Below are positions 10,500-21,124 of a stretch of 64,000 nucleotides of DNA, one piece after another; positions within the stretch are counted from its first letter, which is position 1, and every line of letters starts with the position of its first letter. Origin of the DNA: an uncultured delta proteobacterium (GTDB lineage: Bacteria > Desulfobacterota > Binatia > Binatales > Binataceae); the NCBI GenBank assembly GCA_963765675.1, contig CAVXXK010000001.1, forward strand, positions 1,824,001 through 1,888,000. The letters run 5' to 3'. The notes below the pieces were generated by a model, which saw only the letters and a list, made by a program, of their open reading frames with translations, was not told the DNA's origin and ran no database searches. Both the position numbers and the translations under genes were made by a program.

Positions 10500-10522
10500 G
10501 GGTTCCTCCTATCCTTGGCTTG

Positions 10523-10999
10523 TCAGATGAGCGCGCCGGTCTGGCGCAGCGCTTCGTAGACGACGATCGAAACCGCGTTGGCGATGTTCAGGCTGCGCAC
10601 ACCGTGCTCAAAGATCGGAATCTGATAGGCGTGGTCCGCGCGCTCGGCGATGAACTCGCGTCCGAGCCCCTTGGTCTCGCTTCCGAACATGAGGAAGTCG
10701 CCGCGAGCATAGTTCGCCGCGAGATAATTCTTCTCGGCGCGCGCGGAAAAGAATTTCGCCGGCGGCGCGGGATGCGTGCGCGCGAACTCCTCCCAATCGC
10801 GGTAGGTTTGCAGATCGACCAGCGGCCAGTAGTCCAGTCCCGCGCGCTTCAGGTATCGATCTTCGAGTGAGAAGCCCAGCGGTCCCACCAGATGCAATCG
10901 CGTGCGCGTAGCCGCCGCCAGCCTTGCGATCGAGCCGGTGTTCTGCGGAATTTCCGGACGCACGAGCACGATATGCAGATACGGGTCCGCCAGGTGCAT
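10523..10999 (-). CDS. trmL: tRNA (cytidine(34)/uridine(34)-2'-O)-methyltransferase
   Basis: PEIPQNTG, LHLVGPLGF, KRAGLDYW, FGSETKGL, RSLN. Confidence 0.95.
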   Translation of the reverse strand: MHLADPYLHIVLVRPEIPQNTGSIARLAAATRTRLHLVGPLGFSLEDRYLKRAGLDYWPLVDLQTYRDWEEFARTHPAPPAKFFSARAEKNYLAANYARGDFLMFGSETKGLGREFIAERADHAYQIPIFEHGVRSLNIANAVSIVVYEALRQTGALI

Positions 11000-11002
11000 C
11001 GC

Positions 11003-11482
11003 TCAGCCGCGCGCTCCTTCGGGCGCGCCCGCGATCGGATGGCGGGCGCCGCGAATCCGCAGGTAGAAGCGGCCCGAGTCGTCGGATTCGAGCCGGTCCG
11101 CCAGATGATAGTAAGCGTTGCGCAGAAACCGCGCGCGATACGCACCGTCCTTCACCCGCGCGTAAAGTACGTTGCCCGCGCCGACTTCGAGCGTGGCGGG
11201 ATCCAGCTCCTCGTGGGTGTCATCGTTCAGCACCGCGATAAATCCGCCCAGCTCGTCGTCTTCGAGCGTGCGCACGACGAAGGGTGTGTCCTCGACGGTG
11301 ATCGACGCGCGCTCGTCGCCGACTTTAAGGAAGTACGAGCCGTCCGGGTTCTGCTGGATCGATTGGCTGAACAGCGTCGCGATGCGCGGATTGTCGATCC
11401 GCTCTTCGTCTGTGTACCAGTTGCCGTCGCGCCGGAAGGAAATCTTGCCCGACTCGACCGCATAGAATCCGGCTTTGGGCAT
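11003..11482 (-). CDS. DUF1285-like protein
   Basis: I.RDG.W.....I....I..LFS, VEDTPFVV, ARF.R.AYY.L pattern. Confidence 0.75.
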   Translation of the reverse strand: MPKAGFYAVESGKISFRRDGNWYTDEERIDNPRIATLFSQSIQQNPDGSYFLKVGDERASITVEDTPFVVRTLEDDELGGFIAVLNDDTHEELDPATLEVGAGNVLYARVKDGAYRARFLRNAYYHLADRLESDDSGRFYLRIRGARHPIAGAPEGARG

Positions 11483-11497
11483 CGGAGTTACCGGGAG

Positions 11498-11983
11498 TTA
11501 AAGGATGCTCCTTAATTGCACCTTAAATGCGCCGTATTTTCGGTCGCGGCTGTCCAGGATTATTGTCACCGGCCCGTCGTTGACCAGCTCCAGTTCCATC
11601 GCCGCGCCGAACTCGCCTGTCTCAACCCTAACACCGCGCTCCCGGACGAGCCAGATAAAGTGCTCGTAGAGGCGGCGCGCGTCTTCCGGCGCAGCCGCAT
11701 CGGTAAACGACGGTCGTCGTCCCGCGCCGGTATCAGCCAGCAGCGTGAATTGCGAAACCACCAGAAGCGCGCCGTTCACCGCGTCGAGCGCGAGGTTCAT
11801 CTTGCCGGCATCGTCGGCGAACACGCGCATCTTGAGCGTCCGATCGGCGATGAAGCGCGCGTCGGCCTCGCTATCTCCGGCAGCCACGCCAAGCAGAAGC
11901 ACGAAGCCCTGACCAATTTGGCCAAGATGCCTGCCGCCGCTGTTTACCTGCGCGCGGCTGACGCGTTGAACAATCGCACGCAC
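11498..11983 (-). CDS. dtd: D-aminoacyl-tRNA deacylase
   Basis: MRAIVQRV, VSQFTL, GRRPSF, NDGPVT. Confidence 0.95.
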   Translation of the reverse strand: MRAIVQRVSRAQVNSGGRHLGQIGQGFVLLLGVAAGDSEADARFIADRTLKMRVFADDAGKMNLALDAVNGALLVVSQFTLLADTGAGRRPSFTDAAAPEDARRLYEHFIWLVRERGVRVETGEFGAAMELELVNDGPVTIILDSRDRKYGAFKVQLRSIL

Positions 11984-12105
11984 AAATCCGTCAATATCAT
12001 GGCAGGACCGAAATCTAGCAAGTCTTATGACCCACCTCGCTGATTGGGCTGCTCAAGATCCGGTTGTTCGACCCGGTCACCCGCGTACTATACTGTGATG
12101 CGTCG

Positions 12106-12942
12106 ATGATCCCCGTCCTGTTTCATATCGGTCCGCTCACGGTTTACAGCTACGGCCTGATGATGGCGCTGGGTTTTCTGGCCGCCGATTGGGTGGTGAC
12201 GCTCGAGTGCCGCCGCCGCTCGCTGCCGGCCGACTACGCGTCGTCGATGATCGTGTGGGCGGCGATTGCCGGAATCGCGGCTTCGCGTCTGCTCGATATC
12301 TTCAACAATTTCTCGAGCTACATGGCCGACCCGAAGTCGATGATCTTTTCCGGCTCCGGATTCGTCTGGTACGGCGGGATGATCGGCGGTATCGCCGCGG
12401 TTTACGTAGTCTCGCGCCGTTACAAGATCCCGTTCCTGCAGACCGCCGACATGGCCGCTCCCGCACTTGCGATCGGGCAGGCAATCGGGCGGCTCGGATG
12501 CCTGACGTCTGGCGACGGCGATTGGGGGCTGCCCTCGACCCTTCCGTGGGCGATGTCTTTCCCCAAGGCGATTGTCGGATGGAACTCCGACACCGTGCTC
12601 AAGCTTGGACCGGGCGGGACTCTGGTTTCGGGATATTTTCCCGGCGTGCGGGTGCATCCGACACCGATTTACGAGGCGATCCTCTACGCCGGCGTGTTCC
12701 TGCTTCTATGGAGCCTGCGCAAGAAGGGTCTCGCGGATGGCCGCCTGCTCTATCTGTACCTGATGCTGGCAGGACTCGCGCGCTTTATGGTCGAATTCCT
12801 GCGCATCAACCCGCGCGTGTTCGCAGAGCTGAGCGAGGCGCAGGTCATCGCAATCGGGATGATGATCGTCGGAGGGATCGGGTGGTTGCTTTCGGGGGAA
12901 AAGCATAGCGCGACGGAATCCAAGGAGGCCGTGCGCGCCTGA
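12106..12942 (+). CDS. lgt: Prolipoprotein diacylglyceryl transferase
   Basis: YGLM, G.AIGRLGC, HPTPIYE, RFMVEFLR. Confidence 0.92.
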   Translation: MIPVLFHIGPLTVYSYGLMMALGFLAADWVVTLECRRRSLPADYASSMIVWAAIAGIAASRLLDIFNNFSSYMADPKSMIFSGSGFVWYGGMIGGIAAVYVVSRRYKIPFLQTADMAAPALAIGQAIGRLGCLTSGDGDWGLPSTLPWAMSFPKAIVGWNSDTVLKLGPGGTLVSGYFPGVRVHPTPIYEAILYAGVFLLLWSLRKKGLADGRLLYLYLMLAGLARFMVEFLRINPRVFAELSEAQVIAIGMMIVGGIGWLLSGEKHSATESKEAVRA

Positions 12943-12944
12943 CG

Positions 12945-13514
12945 ATGAACCGGTCCTTGCAGATAATCGCGATCGTTGCTGTCGCCGCTGGTGTGACGCT
13001 GATCGTGGCGAGTACCCTGCGCAAGCCCGGGCCGAATATCGGAGAGTCTGCGCGGCAAGAGCAGCAGGTGGTTCCCGCTGGAGACAAAGCCGCCGATTTC
13101 AAGCTCGAACAATTGAACGGAACCACGCTTTCACTCGATCAACTGAAGGGCAAGGTGGTGTTCTTGAACATCTGGGCGACGTGGTGCGGACCGTGCCGCG
13201 AGGAAATGCCCTCGATGGAAACGCTGTACGACGAGATGAAGGGCAACAAAGATTTCGTGATGCTGGCTGTCAGCCAGGATACCAAGGGCCGCAGCGTGGT
13301 CGCTCCCTATATCGCGCAGTACGGCTATAACTTTACGGTCCTGCTCGATCCGGAGAACAAGGTAGGCGAATCCTACGACGTGTCGGGCGTTCCTGAGACT
13401 TTCATTATCGACCGCAAGGGCCAGATCGTGGCGCATCATATGGGCGCATTCGATTGGTCGCGGCCCGACGTAAAGGACGCCCTTAAGGAATTGCTGGACT
13501 CAAAGGAAGGCTAA
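12945..13514 (+). CDS. TlpA/ResA-family thiol-disulfide oxidoreductase
   Basis: N-terminal anchor; WATWCGPCREEMP; VPETFIIDR.G. Confidence 0.92.
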   Translation: MNRSLQIIAIVAVAAGVTLIVASTLRKPGPNIGESARQEQQVVPAGDKAADFKLEQLNGTTLSLDQLKGKVVFLNIWATWCGPCREEMPSMETLYDEMKGNKDFVMLAVSQDTKGRSVVAPYIAQYGYNFTVLLDPENKVGESYDVSGVPETFIIDRKGQIVAHHMGAFDWSRPDVKDALKELLDSKEG

Positions 13515-13623
13515 CCAGAAATCAAGCAAGCAGGCGCGGCGCGCGAGAACGGGCCCTCCACCCCTGTGCATCGAAGCCGCCCTTCTGCTTAAATGATCAG
13601 ACCCAATCCCCGACGGGTGGTGA

Positions 13624-15034
13624 ATGTCAGTATTTAAGCGAAATCGATGGGCTATCATGCTGGCGGTCTTCTTGATCGCCTGCTTCATGGGACTCGAGGA
13701 GATCGCGGTGCGCCGCGCGCAGGCGCTGCCGAACGATACCTACCAACAGCTCGAAACCTTCGCCAATGTTCTTGCGATCGTGCAGAAGAACTATGTCGAG
13801 CCGGTCTCAACCAAGGACCTGATCGACGGCGCGATCACCGGGATGCTGGCGTCGCTCGATCCGCACAGCGCCTACCTGACCCCAGAGCTCTATCGCGACC
13901 TCGAGGTAGAAACCCGCGGCAGCTTTGGCGGATTGGGAATCGAAATCACGATCAAGGACGGAATGCTTACCGTCGTCGCGCCGATCGAAGATACTCCCGG
14001 CCTATCGCGCGGGGATCAAGGCCGGCGATCAGATCATCAAGATCGATAACGACTTCACCAAGGACATGACCCTGACCGACGCGGTCAAGCGGATGCGCGG
14101 TCCTCGTGGCAGCAAGATCAAGCTCACGATTCATCGCATCGGAGTGCCGGAAATGTTCACGGTCACGATGGCGCGGGACGTGATCAAGATCCAGTCAGTT
14201 AAATCCAAGCAACTGGAAGACGGCTACTCGTACCTGCGCATCACGACCTTCCAGGAAGCAACCGATGACGGCGTGGAAAAAGCGATCGAGCAGTTCGACA
14301 AAGACGGCCACGGCAGGATCAAGGGCCTGGTGCTCGACCTGCGCGACAACCCGGGCGGATTGCTGAATCAAGCGGTCAAGGTCTCGGACGATTTTCTCGA
14401 CGGCGGGATGATCGTCTATACGCAGGGGCGGCTCGAGAATCAGCAGCAGAAATATTTTTCGCACAAGAAAAAAGACTTTGACGACTATCCGATGGTGGTG
14501 CTGGTAAACGGCGGCAGCGCCAGCGCCAGCGAAATCGTCGCGGGCGCATTGCAGGATCAGAAACGCGCCGTGATCGTCGGCACCCAGACCTTCGGCAAAG
14601 GCTCGGTCCAGACCATCCTGCCGCTCGATGATCAATCCGCCCTGCGCCTGACCACCGCGCGCTATTTCACCCCGAACGGCCGCTCGATCCAGGCCGTCGG
14701 CATCACGCCGGATGTCGATATCGAACCGCCCAAGCCGACGCTCGCGGCGCTCGAGATTCCGGGCGTGCAGATGGACGAGGACGAAGAAATCCACGAGCGC
14801 GATCTGCCGCATCATTTCAAAAACAGGCAGCTTCAGAAAAAGCCCAAGAGCACCAGCGAAGCCGAGCCCCCTTCGGACCAGACTTCTCCGGCCGTTGCCG
14901 GCGCCAAGCCCGGCAAGCCGGAAAAGGACGTCCAGCTCGAAAAAGCGATCGACATCCTGAAGCACTGGAACACCTTCAAGCTTCAGCTCGCCAAGGGCGA
15001 TATCCAACCGGACGCGACCGCGAAGAACCAGTAG
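13624..15034 (+). CDS. ctpA: S41 carboxyl-terminal processing protease, split by a +1 base near 13997
   Basis: LDPHSAY, GGLGIEI (PDZ) then DLRDNPGGLL, SASASEIVAGALQD, FGKGSVQ. actcccggcc minus one C restores TPAYRAG. Confidence 0.92.
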
Positions 15035-15062
15035 CGCGCGCATCCGCTCCGTATCGAAGCAC

Positions 15063-15096
15063 ACAGGGCCTGCTCTCACGCAGGCCCTGTTTTTTT
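15063..15096 (+). terminator. Rho-independent terminator after ctpA
   Basis: acagggcctgc-loop-gcaggccctgt followed by a T-run. Confidence 0.85.
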
Positions 15097-15141
15097 GCGG
15101 CAGTCGAAAACGAATCCGGATGGGAATAATCAGATGAAGCG

Positions 15142-15819
15142 ATGAGCCTGAATTTCCTGATCACGGGAACCGATGCCGGCGTCGGCAAGAGCACCGTCGG
15201 ATGCGCGGCCGGCTTTGCGCTGCGTGCGCGGGCAATGCGCGTCGGAGTTATGAAGCCTTGCGAAACCGGATGCGAAGAGCGTGCGGGAATCCTCGAGCCT
15301 CGCGACGCACGCGCCCTGGCGCTCGCGTCAGGATGCGATCTGCCGCTCGATTTGATTTGTCCGTACCGCTATCGCTCGCCGCTCGCGCCGCCGGCCGCGG
15401 CGGAACTCGACTCGGCCGCATCGCCGGATCCCGCGCATATCGTCGAGTGCTTTCGGAAGATCGAATCCGCGAGCGACGCGGTACTCGTCGAAGGCGTTGG
15501 GGGGCTGGCTGTGCCGATCGCGTGGGGTTTCGATTCCGCCGACCTGGCGGCGAAGCTCGACCTGCCGTTGATCATCGTGATCGCGAACCAGCCCGGATGC
15601 CTCAACGCCGCGGCGCTGACGCTCAACTATGCGCGGAGCAAACGGCTCAAGATCGCGGGATGGCTGCTGAACGACGTCGATCCTGCGCTGACCCTCGCGT
15701 CTTCGACCAACGCCGCTTCGCTCGCGCGAATGACGGATGTCGCGTGCCTGGGCATGATGCGCCATAAGGAACCACTCGCGAAGTCAGTTATCGAAAAGTT
15801 GCTCGCCTACCGCTCCTGA
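15142..15819 (+). CDS. bioD: Dethiobiotin synthase
   Basis: ITGTDAGVGKS, KPCETG, VEGVGGL.VP, GCLN. Confidence 0.9.
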   Translation: MSLNFLITGTDAGVGKSTVGCAAGFALRARAMRVGVMKPCETGCEERAGILEPRDARALALASGCDLPLDLICPYRYRSPLAPPAAAELDSAASPDPAHIVECFRKIESASDAVLVEGVGGLAVPIAWGFDSADLAAKLDLPLIIVIANQPGCLNAAALTLNYARSKRLKIAGWLLNDVDPALTLASSTNAASLARMTDVACLGMMRHKEPLAKSVIEKLLAYRS

Positions 15820-15867
15820 CGTCACCAGCGCCGCAAAACGTCGGGTTGTGGCGTTAGCAATGCTGAC

Positions 15868-16194
15868 TTGTCATTCCCGCGCGCGTGGCCGCCGCGCGCG
15901 AGAGCCTGTCTGAGCAACGCCGAAGGAAATCCCGGACGAACGTCCGCTGCACGTGGACGTAGCTCGGAGCACGGCCGCTCCGGGATTTCTCCCCTCCGGT
16001 CGAAATGACGGACGTGGGCTCCGTGCAAGAATACCGTAGTCTCAGCCGAGCCCACGACCGTCATTCCGAGCCGTAGGCGAGGAATCCCGAGGCGGCCGTG
16101 CTCTGAGTCACTCGTATGCAGTGCCCGCTCGCTCGGGATTTCCTTCGGCGTTGCTCAGGACAGGCTCTCGCGCGGCAGCGCGCGAGAATGACAA
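15868..16194. repeat. Composite palindromic element (family A, copy 1; MITE/REPIN-like)
   Basis: Ends ttgtcattc...gaatgacaa; ~330-bp imperfect palindrome built from four GTCATT..GGAATC/GATT..ATGAC units; similar to 26831 and 58347. Confidence 0.85.
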
Positions 16195-16269
16195 CCGTGA
16201 AAATGCCGGGTTGTCTGCAATAGCGGCGCGGCGTATGGTTAGTTGCAAAATGAAACTGAGGTGACCGCC

Positions 16270-17058
16270 ATGAGCGAGCCCCAAAAAGCAGGAGAAGTTC
16301 GGCACGAAGTTGATGGGCGAATCTTCAAAATCGTGATCGACAACGTCGCCAAGCGAAATTCATTCACCCCCGAAATGATGCAGCAGCTTTCGGAGGCGCT
16401 CACCGAATACGACCGGAATGACGATTATTGGGTCGCCGTTTTGTGCGCCGACGGCGACCATTTCACCGCCGGCCTCGACATGCCGAAGTTCTTTGGCCCC
16501 GGCGCGGTCGCGAAGCCAATCCCCGAGAAAAACCTGGATCCGTTCGCGTTGCGCAATCGATCGATCAAGCCGATCGTTACCGCGGTGCAGGGCATCACGT
16601 ACACGATCGGCATCGAGATGATGCTGGCCGGCGATATCGTGGTTGCAGCCGATACCGCGCGATTCTGCCAGATGGAATCGCGGCGGGGTATCGCACCTCT
16701 CGGCGGAGCGCACTTTCGCTTTCTCACACGCACTGGATGGGGCAACGCGATGTACCACCTGATGCTCTGTGATGAGTTCGGCGCGCATCGCGCGCTCGAA
16801 ATCGGGCTGGTTCAGGAGGTCGTTCCAGCCGGGACGCAAATCGATCGTGCGGTCGAACTCGCGAGGCTGATCAGCAAGAACGCGCCGCTGGGAATTCGCG
16901 CGATGAAACAGGCCGCACTCAAATACCTCGAGGCTGGCGAACGCTCCGCCGTGGCCGCGATCGCGACGGTCAGAGACCGGGTGATGGACAGCGAGGACGC
17001 GAAAGAGGGGATTCGTTCGTTCGTCGAACGACGCGAGGCCCGATTCGAGGGAAAATAA
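16270..17058 (+). CDS. Crotonase/enoyl-CoA hydratase family protein
   Basis: HFTAGLD, KPIVTAVQG, GIEMMLAGDI, SEDAKEGIRSFVERR. Confidence 0.92.
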   Translation: MSEPQKAGEVRHEVDGRIFKIVIDNVAKRNSFTPEMMQQLSEALTEYDRNDDYWVAVLCADGDHFTAGLDMPKFFGPGAVAKPIPEKNLDPFALRNRSIKPIVTAVQGITYTIGIEMMLAGDIVVAADTARFCQMESRRGIAPLGGAHFRFLTRTGWGNAMYHLMLCDEFGAHRALEIGLVQEVVPAGTQIDRAVELARLISKNAPLGIRAMKQAALKYLEAGERSAVAAIATVRDRVMDSEDAKEGIRSFVERREARFEGK

Positions 17059-17060
17059 GA

Positions 17061-18017
17061 TTATTCGTGATGATGCTGCGCTTCGAGCCAGCGCTCGGCG
17101 TCGATCGCCGCCATACATCCGGTGCCCGCTGCCGTCACTGCCTGTCGATAGACCCGATCGGCGACGTCGCCGGCGGCGAACACACCCTCGACATTGGTGT
17201 AGGTCGTTCCGGGCTTGATCTTCAGGTAGCCCAGGTCGTCCATCTCGAGCTGGCCCTTGAAAATGTCGGTGTTGGGCTTGTGGCCGATCGCCATGAAGAC
17301 GCCGTCGGTTTTGAACTTCGAGGTCTTATTGTTCTTGACGTTCTTCAGCGTGACGGCGCTGACGCCGGTCTTCGGCTCGCCGTGAATTTCCTCGATTACT
17401 GAATCCCAAATGAATCCGATCTTCGGATTCTTGTGTGCGCGGTCCTGCATGATCTTCGACGCGCGCAGTTCTCCACGCCGATGCACGATCGAAACCTTGG
17501 AAGCGAATCGGGTCAGGAAAGTCGCTTCCTCGATCGCTGTGTCTCCGCCACCCACCACCACGATTTCCTTGTTCTTGAAAAACGCGCCGTCGCAGGTCGC
17601 GCATGCGCTGACGCCGTATCCCTTGAGCCGCTGCTCGGATTCGATTCCCAGCCACTTCGCGGTCGCACCCGTCGCTATGATCAGTGACTCGGTGCGGATC
17701 GTCTTGCCCTCGCATTCCAGCTCGAACGGCCGCGCGCCCAGGCGGACCTCGGAGACCTCGCCCTGCAGGAAGCGGGTGCCGAAACGCTCGACCTGCTTGC
17801 GGAACACCTCCATCATCTCGGGCCCCTGGACGCCTTTCTCAAAGCCCGGATAGTTCTCGACGTCGGTGGTGGTGGTGAGTTGGCCGCCTGGTTCCATCCC
17901 TTCGATCACCAGCGGGTGCAGATTGGCGCGCGCGCTATACAGCGCCGCGGTCAGGCCGGCGGGGCCGGAACCCAGTATCACAACTTTGTAGATTTCTTTG
18001 TCAGTTTCATCCGCCAT
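17061..18017 (-). CDS. trxB: Thioredoxin-disulfide reductase
   Basis: GSGPAG, GGQLTTT.DVENYPG, CATCDG, GGGDTA, FAAGD, YRQAVTAAG. Confidence 0.97.
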   Translation of the reverse strand: MADETDKEIYKVVILGSGPAGLTAALYSARANLHPLVIEGMEPGGQLTTTTDVENYPGFEKGVQGPEMMEVFRKQVERFGTRFLQGEVSEVRLGARPFELECEGKTIRTESLIIATGATAKWLGIESEQRLKGYGVSACATCDGAFFKNKEIVVVGGGDTAIEEATFLTRFASKVSIVHRRGELRASKIMQDRAHKNPKIGFIWDSVIEEIHGEPKTGVSAVTLKNVKNNKTSKFKTDGVFMAIGHKPNTDIFKGQLEMDDLGYLKIKPGTTYTNVEGVFAAGDVADRVYRQAVTAAGTGCMAAIDAERWLEAQHHHE

Positions 18018-18105
18018 CAGCATTTCCTGGAAGTTCGCAAGCTGAATGCGACCGAGTTTATTGTATCCGCCGAGCCGGTCAACATAAGCTTATGGGTCAC
18101 GGAAC

Positions 18106-18657
18106 ATGGCAAACAAGAATAAATCCCGGCCCGCTCCGGCGCGGCTGACCCATCTCGATGCGCGTGGGCGGATCGCGATGGTCGATGTCGGCGCCAAGGC
18201 TGTCACCCGGCGCGAGGCGGTTGCGCGCGGGCAGGTCGTGATGGAGCCCGCTACGCTTGCCGCGATTATCGGCGGTAGCCTCGCCAAGGGTGAGGCGCTG
18301 GCGGCGGCGAGGATCGCGGGAATAATGGCCGCCAAACGAACCCACGAGATGATCCCGCTATGTCATCAGATTGCGCTTGACGTGGTCGAGATCGAATTCC
18401 GCCCCAGTCGCAACAGCTCCGCGCTCGAAATTGAGGCGCGCGCCGTCACCAGCGCGCGCACCGGCGTCGAGATGGAAGCGATGGCCGCGGTCAGCGTGGC
18501 GGCGCTTACGATTTACGACATGGCGAAATCTATCGACCGCGCGATGGAGATCGGCGCGATTCGACTGGTCAGCAAGTCCGGCGGCCGCAGCGGCGAGTTC
18601 CGGCGCGCGAATGAAGTGCCGTGGCCGCATCCGCAATCCTCGTCCCGATCCAAATGA
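18106..18657 (+). CDS. moaC: Cyclic pyranopterin monophosphate synthase
   Basis: LTHLD..G...MVDV, AGIMAAKRT, IPLCH, TGVEMEA, TIYDMAK, KSGG. Confidence 0.96.
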   Translation: MANKNKSRPAPARLTHLDARGRIAMVDVGAKAVTRREAVARGQVVMEPATLAAIIGGSLAKGEALAAARIAGIMAAKRTHEMIPLCHQIALDVVEIEFRPSRNSSALEIEARAVTSARTGVEMEAMAAVSVAALTIYDMAKSIDRAMEIGAIRLVSKSGGRSGEFRRANEVPWPHPQSSSRSK

Positions 18658-19881
18658 CCTCCGAGCGAATCACGTCTGCTCCCGAAAAGGCAGCGTTTGA
18701 ACCTGGCGGACGAATTTTTCTGCGCACCGGACGCGACGGTCCCGTGCGTGGCGGCAATCCATGGATTTTCTCGCAGGCGATCGCGCGGGTCGAGCCGCTC
18801 GGGTCTGGCCGCCGGCGCCTTGGTCGAGGTGCGCGATTCCGGCGGCGATTTGCTCGGTCTCGGCTACTACAATTCCGCGACCACGATCGCGATCCGGATG
18901 CTTGCTTGGGGTGAGGCTCCGGGACTCGCTGGCCTGATTGCGCGGCGCCTGGGTGACGCGATCGCGATGCGCACGCGATTTATCCGCGACGACACGGACT
19001 CGTACCGGATCGTCAATGGCGATGGCGACGGGCTCTCAGGCGTGGTGGTCGATCGCTACGGCGACGTGCTGGTGCTCCAGCTTCTGACGGCAGGTACGGA
19101 TGCGATGCGCGCGGAAATCATTTCAGCGCTCGCCGACCGCCTCTCGCCGCGAGCGATTGTCGAGCGCAGCCAGGGCGCGGTGCGCAAGCAGGAGGGTCTT
19201 CCCGATCGGGTCGGCGTCGCGTACGGCACCGAGGTTTCTGAAACCGTCGCGACTGAAAATGGAATAAAAGTCGTCGTCGATCTCGCTCGCGGACAGAAGA
19301 CCGGTGCGTTTCTGGACCAGCGCGAAAACCGCGCTATCGTGCGCGGACAATCTGCCGGCGCCCGCGTGCTGGATGCGTACTGCTACAATGGCGGGTTCGC
19401 GCTCGCGGCACTGGCGGGCGGTGCTGCGCGTGTCGTCGCGATCGACACAGCCGCTCGCGCGCTCGCGGTGGCGGAGAAGAACCTTGCTCTCAATGGCTAT
19501 CCTCTCGATGCGGCCGAATTGATTCATGCTGAAGCCGGCGAATTCATGGCCGATACCGCGGAGCGCTTCGACGTCGTGGTCCTCGACCCGCCTCCTTTGG
19601 CCCGCAGCCGAGCCGACGCCGAGCGTGCGGGACGCATGTATGTCGAGCTGAACGCGCTTGCGATGCGGGTGCTCGCGCCGGGGGGACGAATCCTGACCTT
19701 CAGTTGCTCGGTTCATTTCCGGGGCGAGGAATTCCTGCGCGCGGTGCGGATCGCCCAGAACAAATCCGGGCGCAAGCTCAAGATGCTCGCGCGGCTCGGT
19801 CCGGGCCCTGACCATCCGGTGTTGCTCGGGCATGCCGAAGGCGAGTATCTGACGGGGCTGTTGCTGGCCGATTTGGGCTGA
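18654..19881 (+). CDS. rlmI: RlmI-like class I SAM-dependent rRNA methyltransferase, split by a +1 base near 18798
   Basis: PUA-like GNPWIFS, then GDGLSG..VDRY, GQKTGAFLDQRENR, DPPP, TFSCS, DHP, EGEYL. ATGA overlap with moaC. Confidence 0.85.
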
Positions 19882-19957
19882 CGGCATAAAACCGGCCATT
19901 CCCTGCTTGCACACTAAGGCACTTTCCTTGAGTATAGAGCGGATTTTCGAGGTCGGA

Positions 19958-21094
19958 ATGATACCAAACAGTATCGGGCGCAAGTGTATAGTCTTGCTCG
20001 TAGCTATCGGGGCGCTTGCCGTTTCCGCATGTCATCGCGAGGTTGCGGTGCCGCCGATCAAAGAACGGGCGATCACCTTCACCGATCGATTCTTCGACGT
20101 TTGGCCGACCAGTCCTACCCGGGCGTTTATCGTCGGCACGCGCGGCAAGGTTTTGCTCACCGAAGACGGGGGACTGCATTTCAAGCAGATCGATATCGGC
20201 ACCGATCTGGCCGTGTTCGGGATCCAGATGGCTGACGATCAATACGGCTACCTGTGCGGGCAGGACGGCCTGATAATGCGCACGCGCGACGGCGGCAAGA
20301 CCTGGCAGCGCATCAACTCGCGCACCAATTTATTTATTTTCTCGCTGTCCTTTCCCGATCGCCTGCACGGATTCTTTGTCGGCGACGGCTCCCTGGTGCT
20401 CAGCACCACCGACGGCGGCGAAACGTTTCTGAAGCGCGAGTTAGAGCACCTGTTTCCGCCGGAGCTTCAGGACTACGCGCTTCCATTCGAAGAGCCGAAG
20501 CTTTATGGCGTCTCCTTCGTTGACGATAATCGCGGATGGATCGTTGGCGAGCTGGGCCGGATTTGGGCGACCGACAACGGCGGCAAGACCTGGCAGGAGC
20601 AGCAGGGTTCGCTGGTCCCGCAATGGAAGCGTCCGCTTGGCCCCAACGACGATCCCCGCTTCGCCGATTTTCAGCTCCCGAGCATGTTCGGCGTATCCTT
20701 CCGCGATGCCCAGCATGGCGCCGCGTGCGGGGTCGAAGGATGGGTGATTGAAACCAGCGACGGCGGCAAGACCTGGAGCTTTGCGCATCGCGCCGACAAG
20801 CCCGGCGGTCCGCCCGAGCCGATAATGACCGAAAAGCCGCAGATTCCCGCGCGCGATCCGCTGTTCTCGATCGATCTGTTCGGCGCCGATCAGGGAATGA
20901 CGGTCGGGCTGACCGGCACGGTCCTGCGCTTGCAGCCCAATGGCGCATGGGCGCACGACAGCAGCGTCGCGGCGCTGCCGTTTCCATTTAGTCAGGTGCG
21001 CTTCTTCGACAGCCAGCACGGATGGATCGTGGGCCTGGGCACGGTTCTATACACAGCGGATGGCGGCAAGACCTGGCGCTTTTGCCAGGGCTAG
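19958..21094 (+). CDS. YCF48/BNR-repeat beta-propeller lipoprotein
   Basis: Lipobox LAVSAC; six (T/S)xDGGx(T/H)(W/F)-type repeats. Confidence 0.88.
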   Translation: MIPNSIGRKCIVLLVAIGALAVSACHREVAVPPIKERAITFTDRFFDVWPTSPTRAFIVGTRGKVLLTEDGGLHFKQIDIGTDLAVFGIQMADDQYGYLCGQDGLIMRTRDGGKTWQRINSRTNLFIFSLSFPDRLHGFFVGDGSLVLSTTDGGETFLKRELEHLFPPELQDYALPFEEPKLYGVSFVDDNRGWIVGELGRIWATDNGGKTWQEQQGSLVPQWKRPLGPNDDPRFADFQLPSMFGVSFRDAQHGAACGVEGWVIETSDGGKTWSFAHRADKPGGPPEPIMTEKPQIPARDPLFSIDLFGADQGMTVGLTGTVLRLQPNGAWAHDSSVAALPFPFSQVRFFDSQHGWIVGLGTVLYTADGGKTWRFCQG

Positions 21095-21124
21095 CCCGGC
21101 GCGCGGCGTAAAGCGGAGAACTCG

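Noticed and set aside
15868-16194. CRISPR array interpretation of the repeated GTCATT...ATGAC units
   Set aside because: Units are inverted and degenerate, spacers are shared between loci rather than unique, and no cas genes are present.
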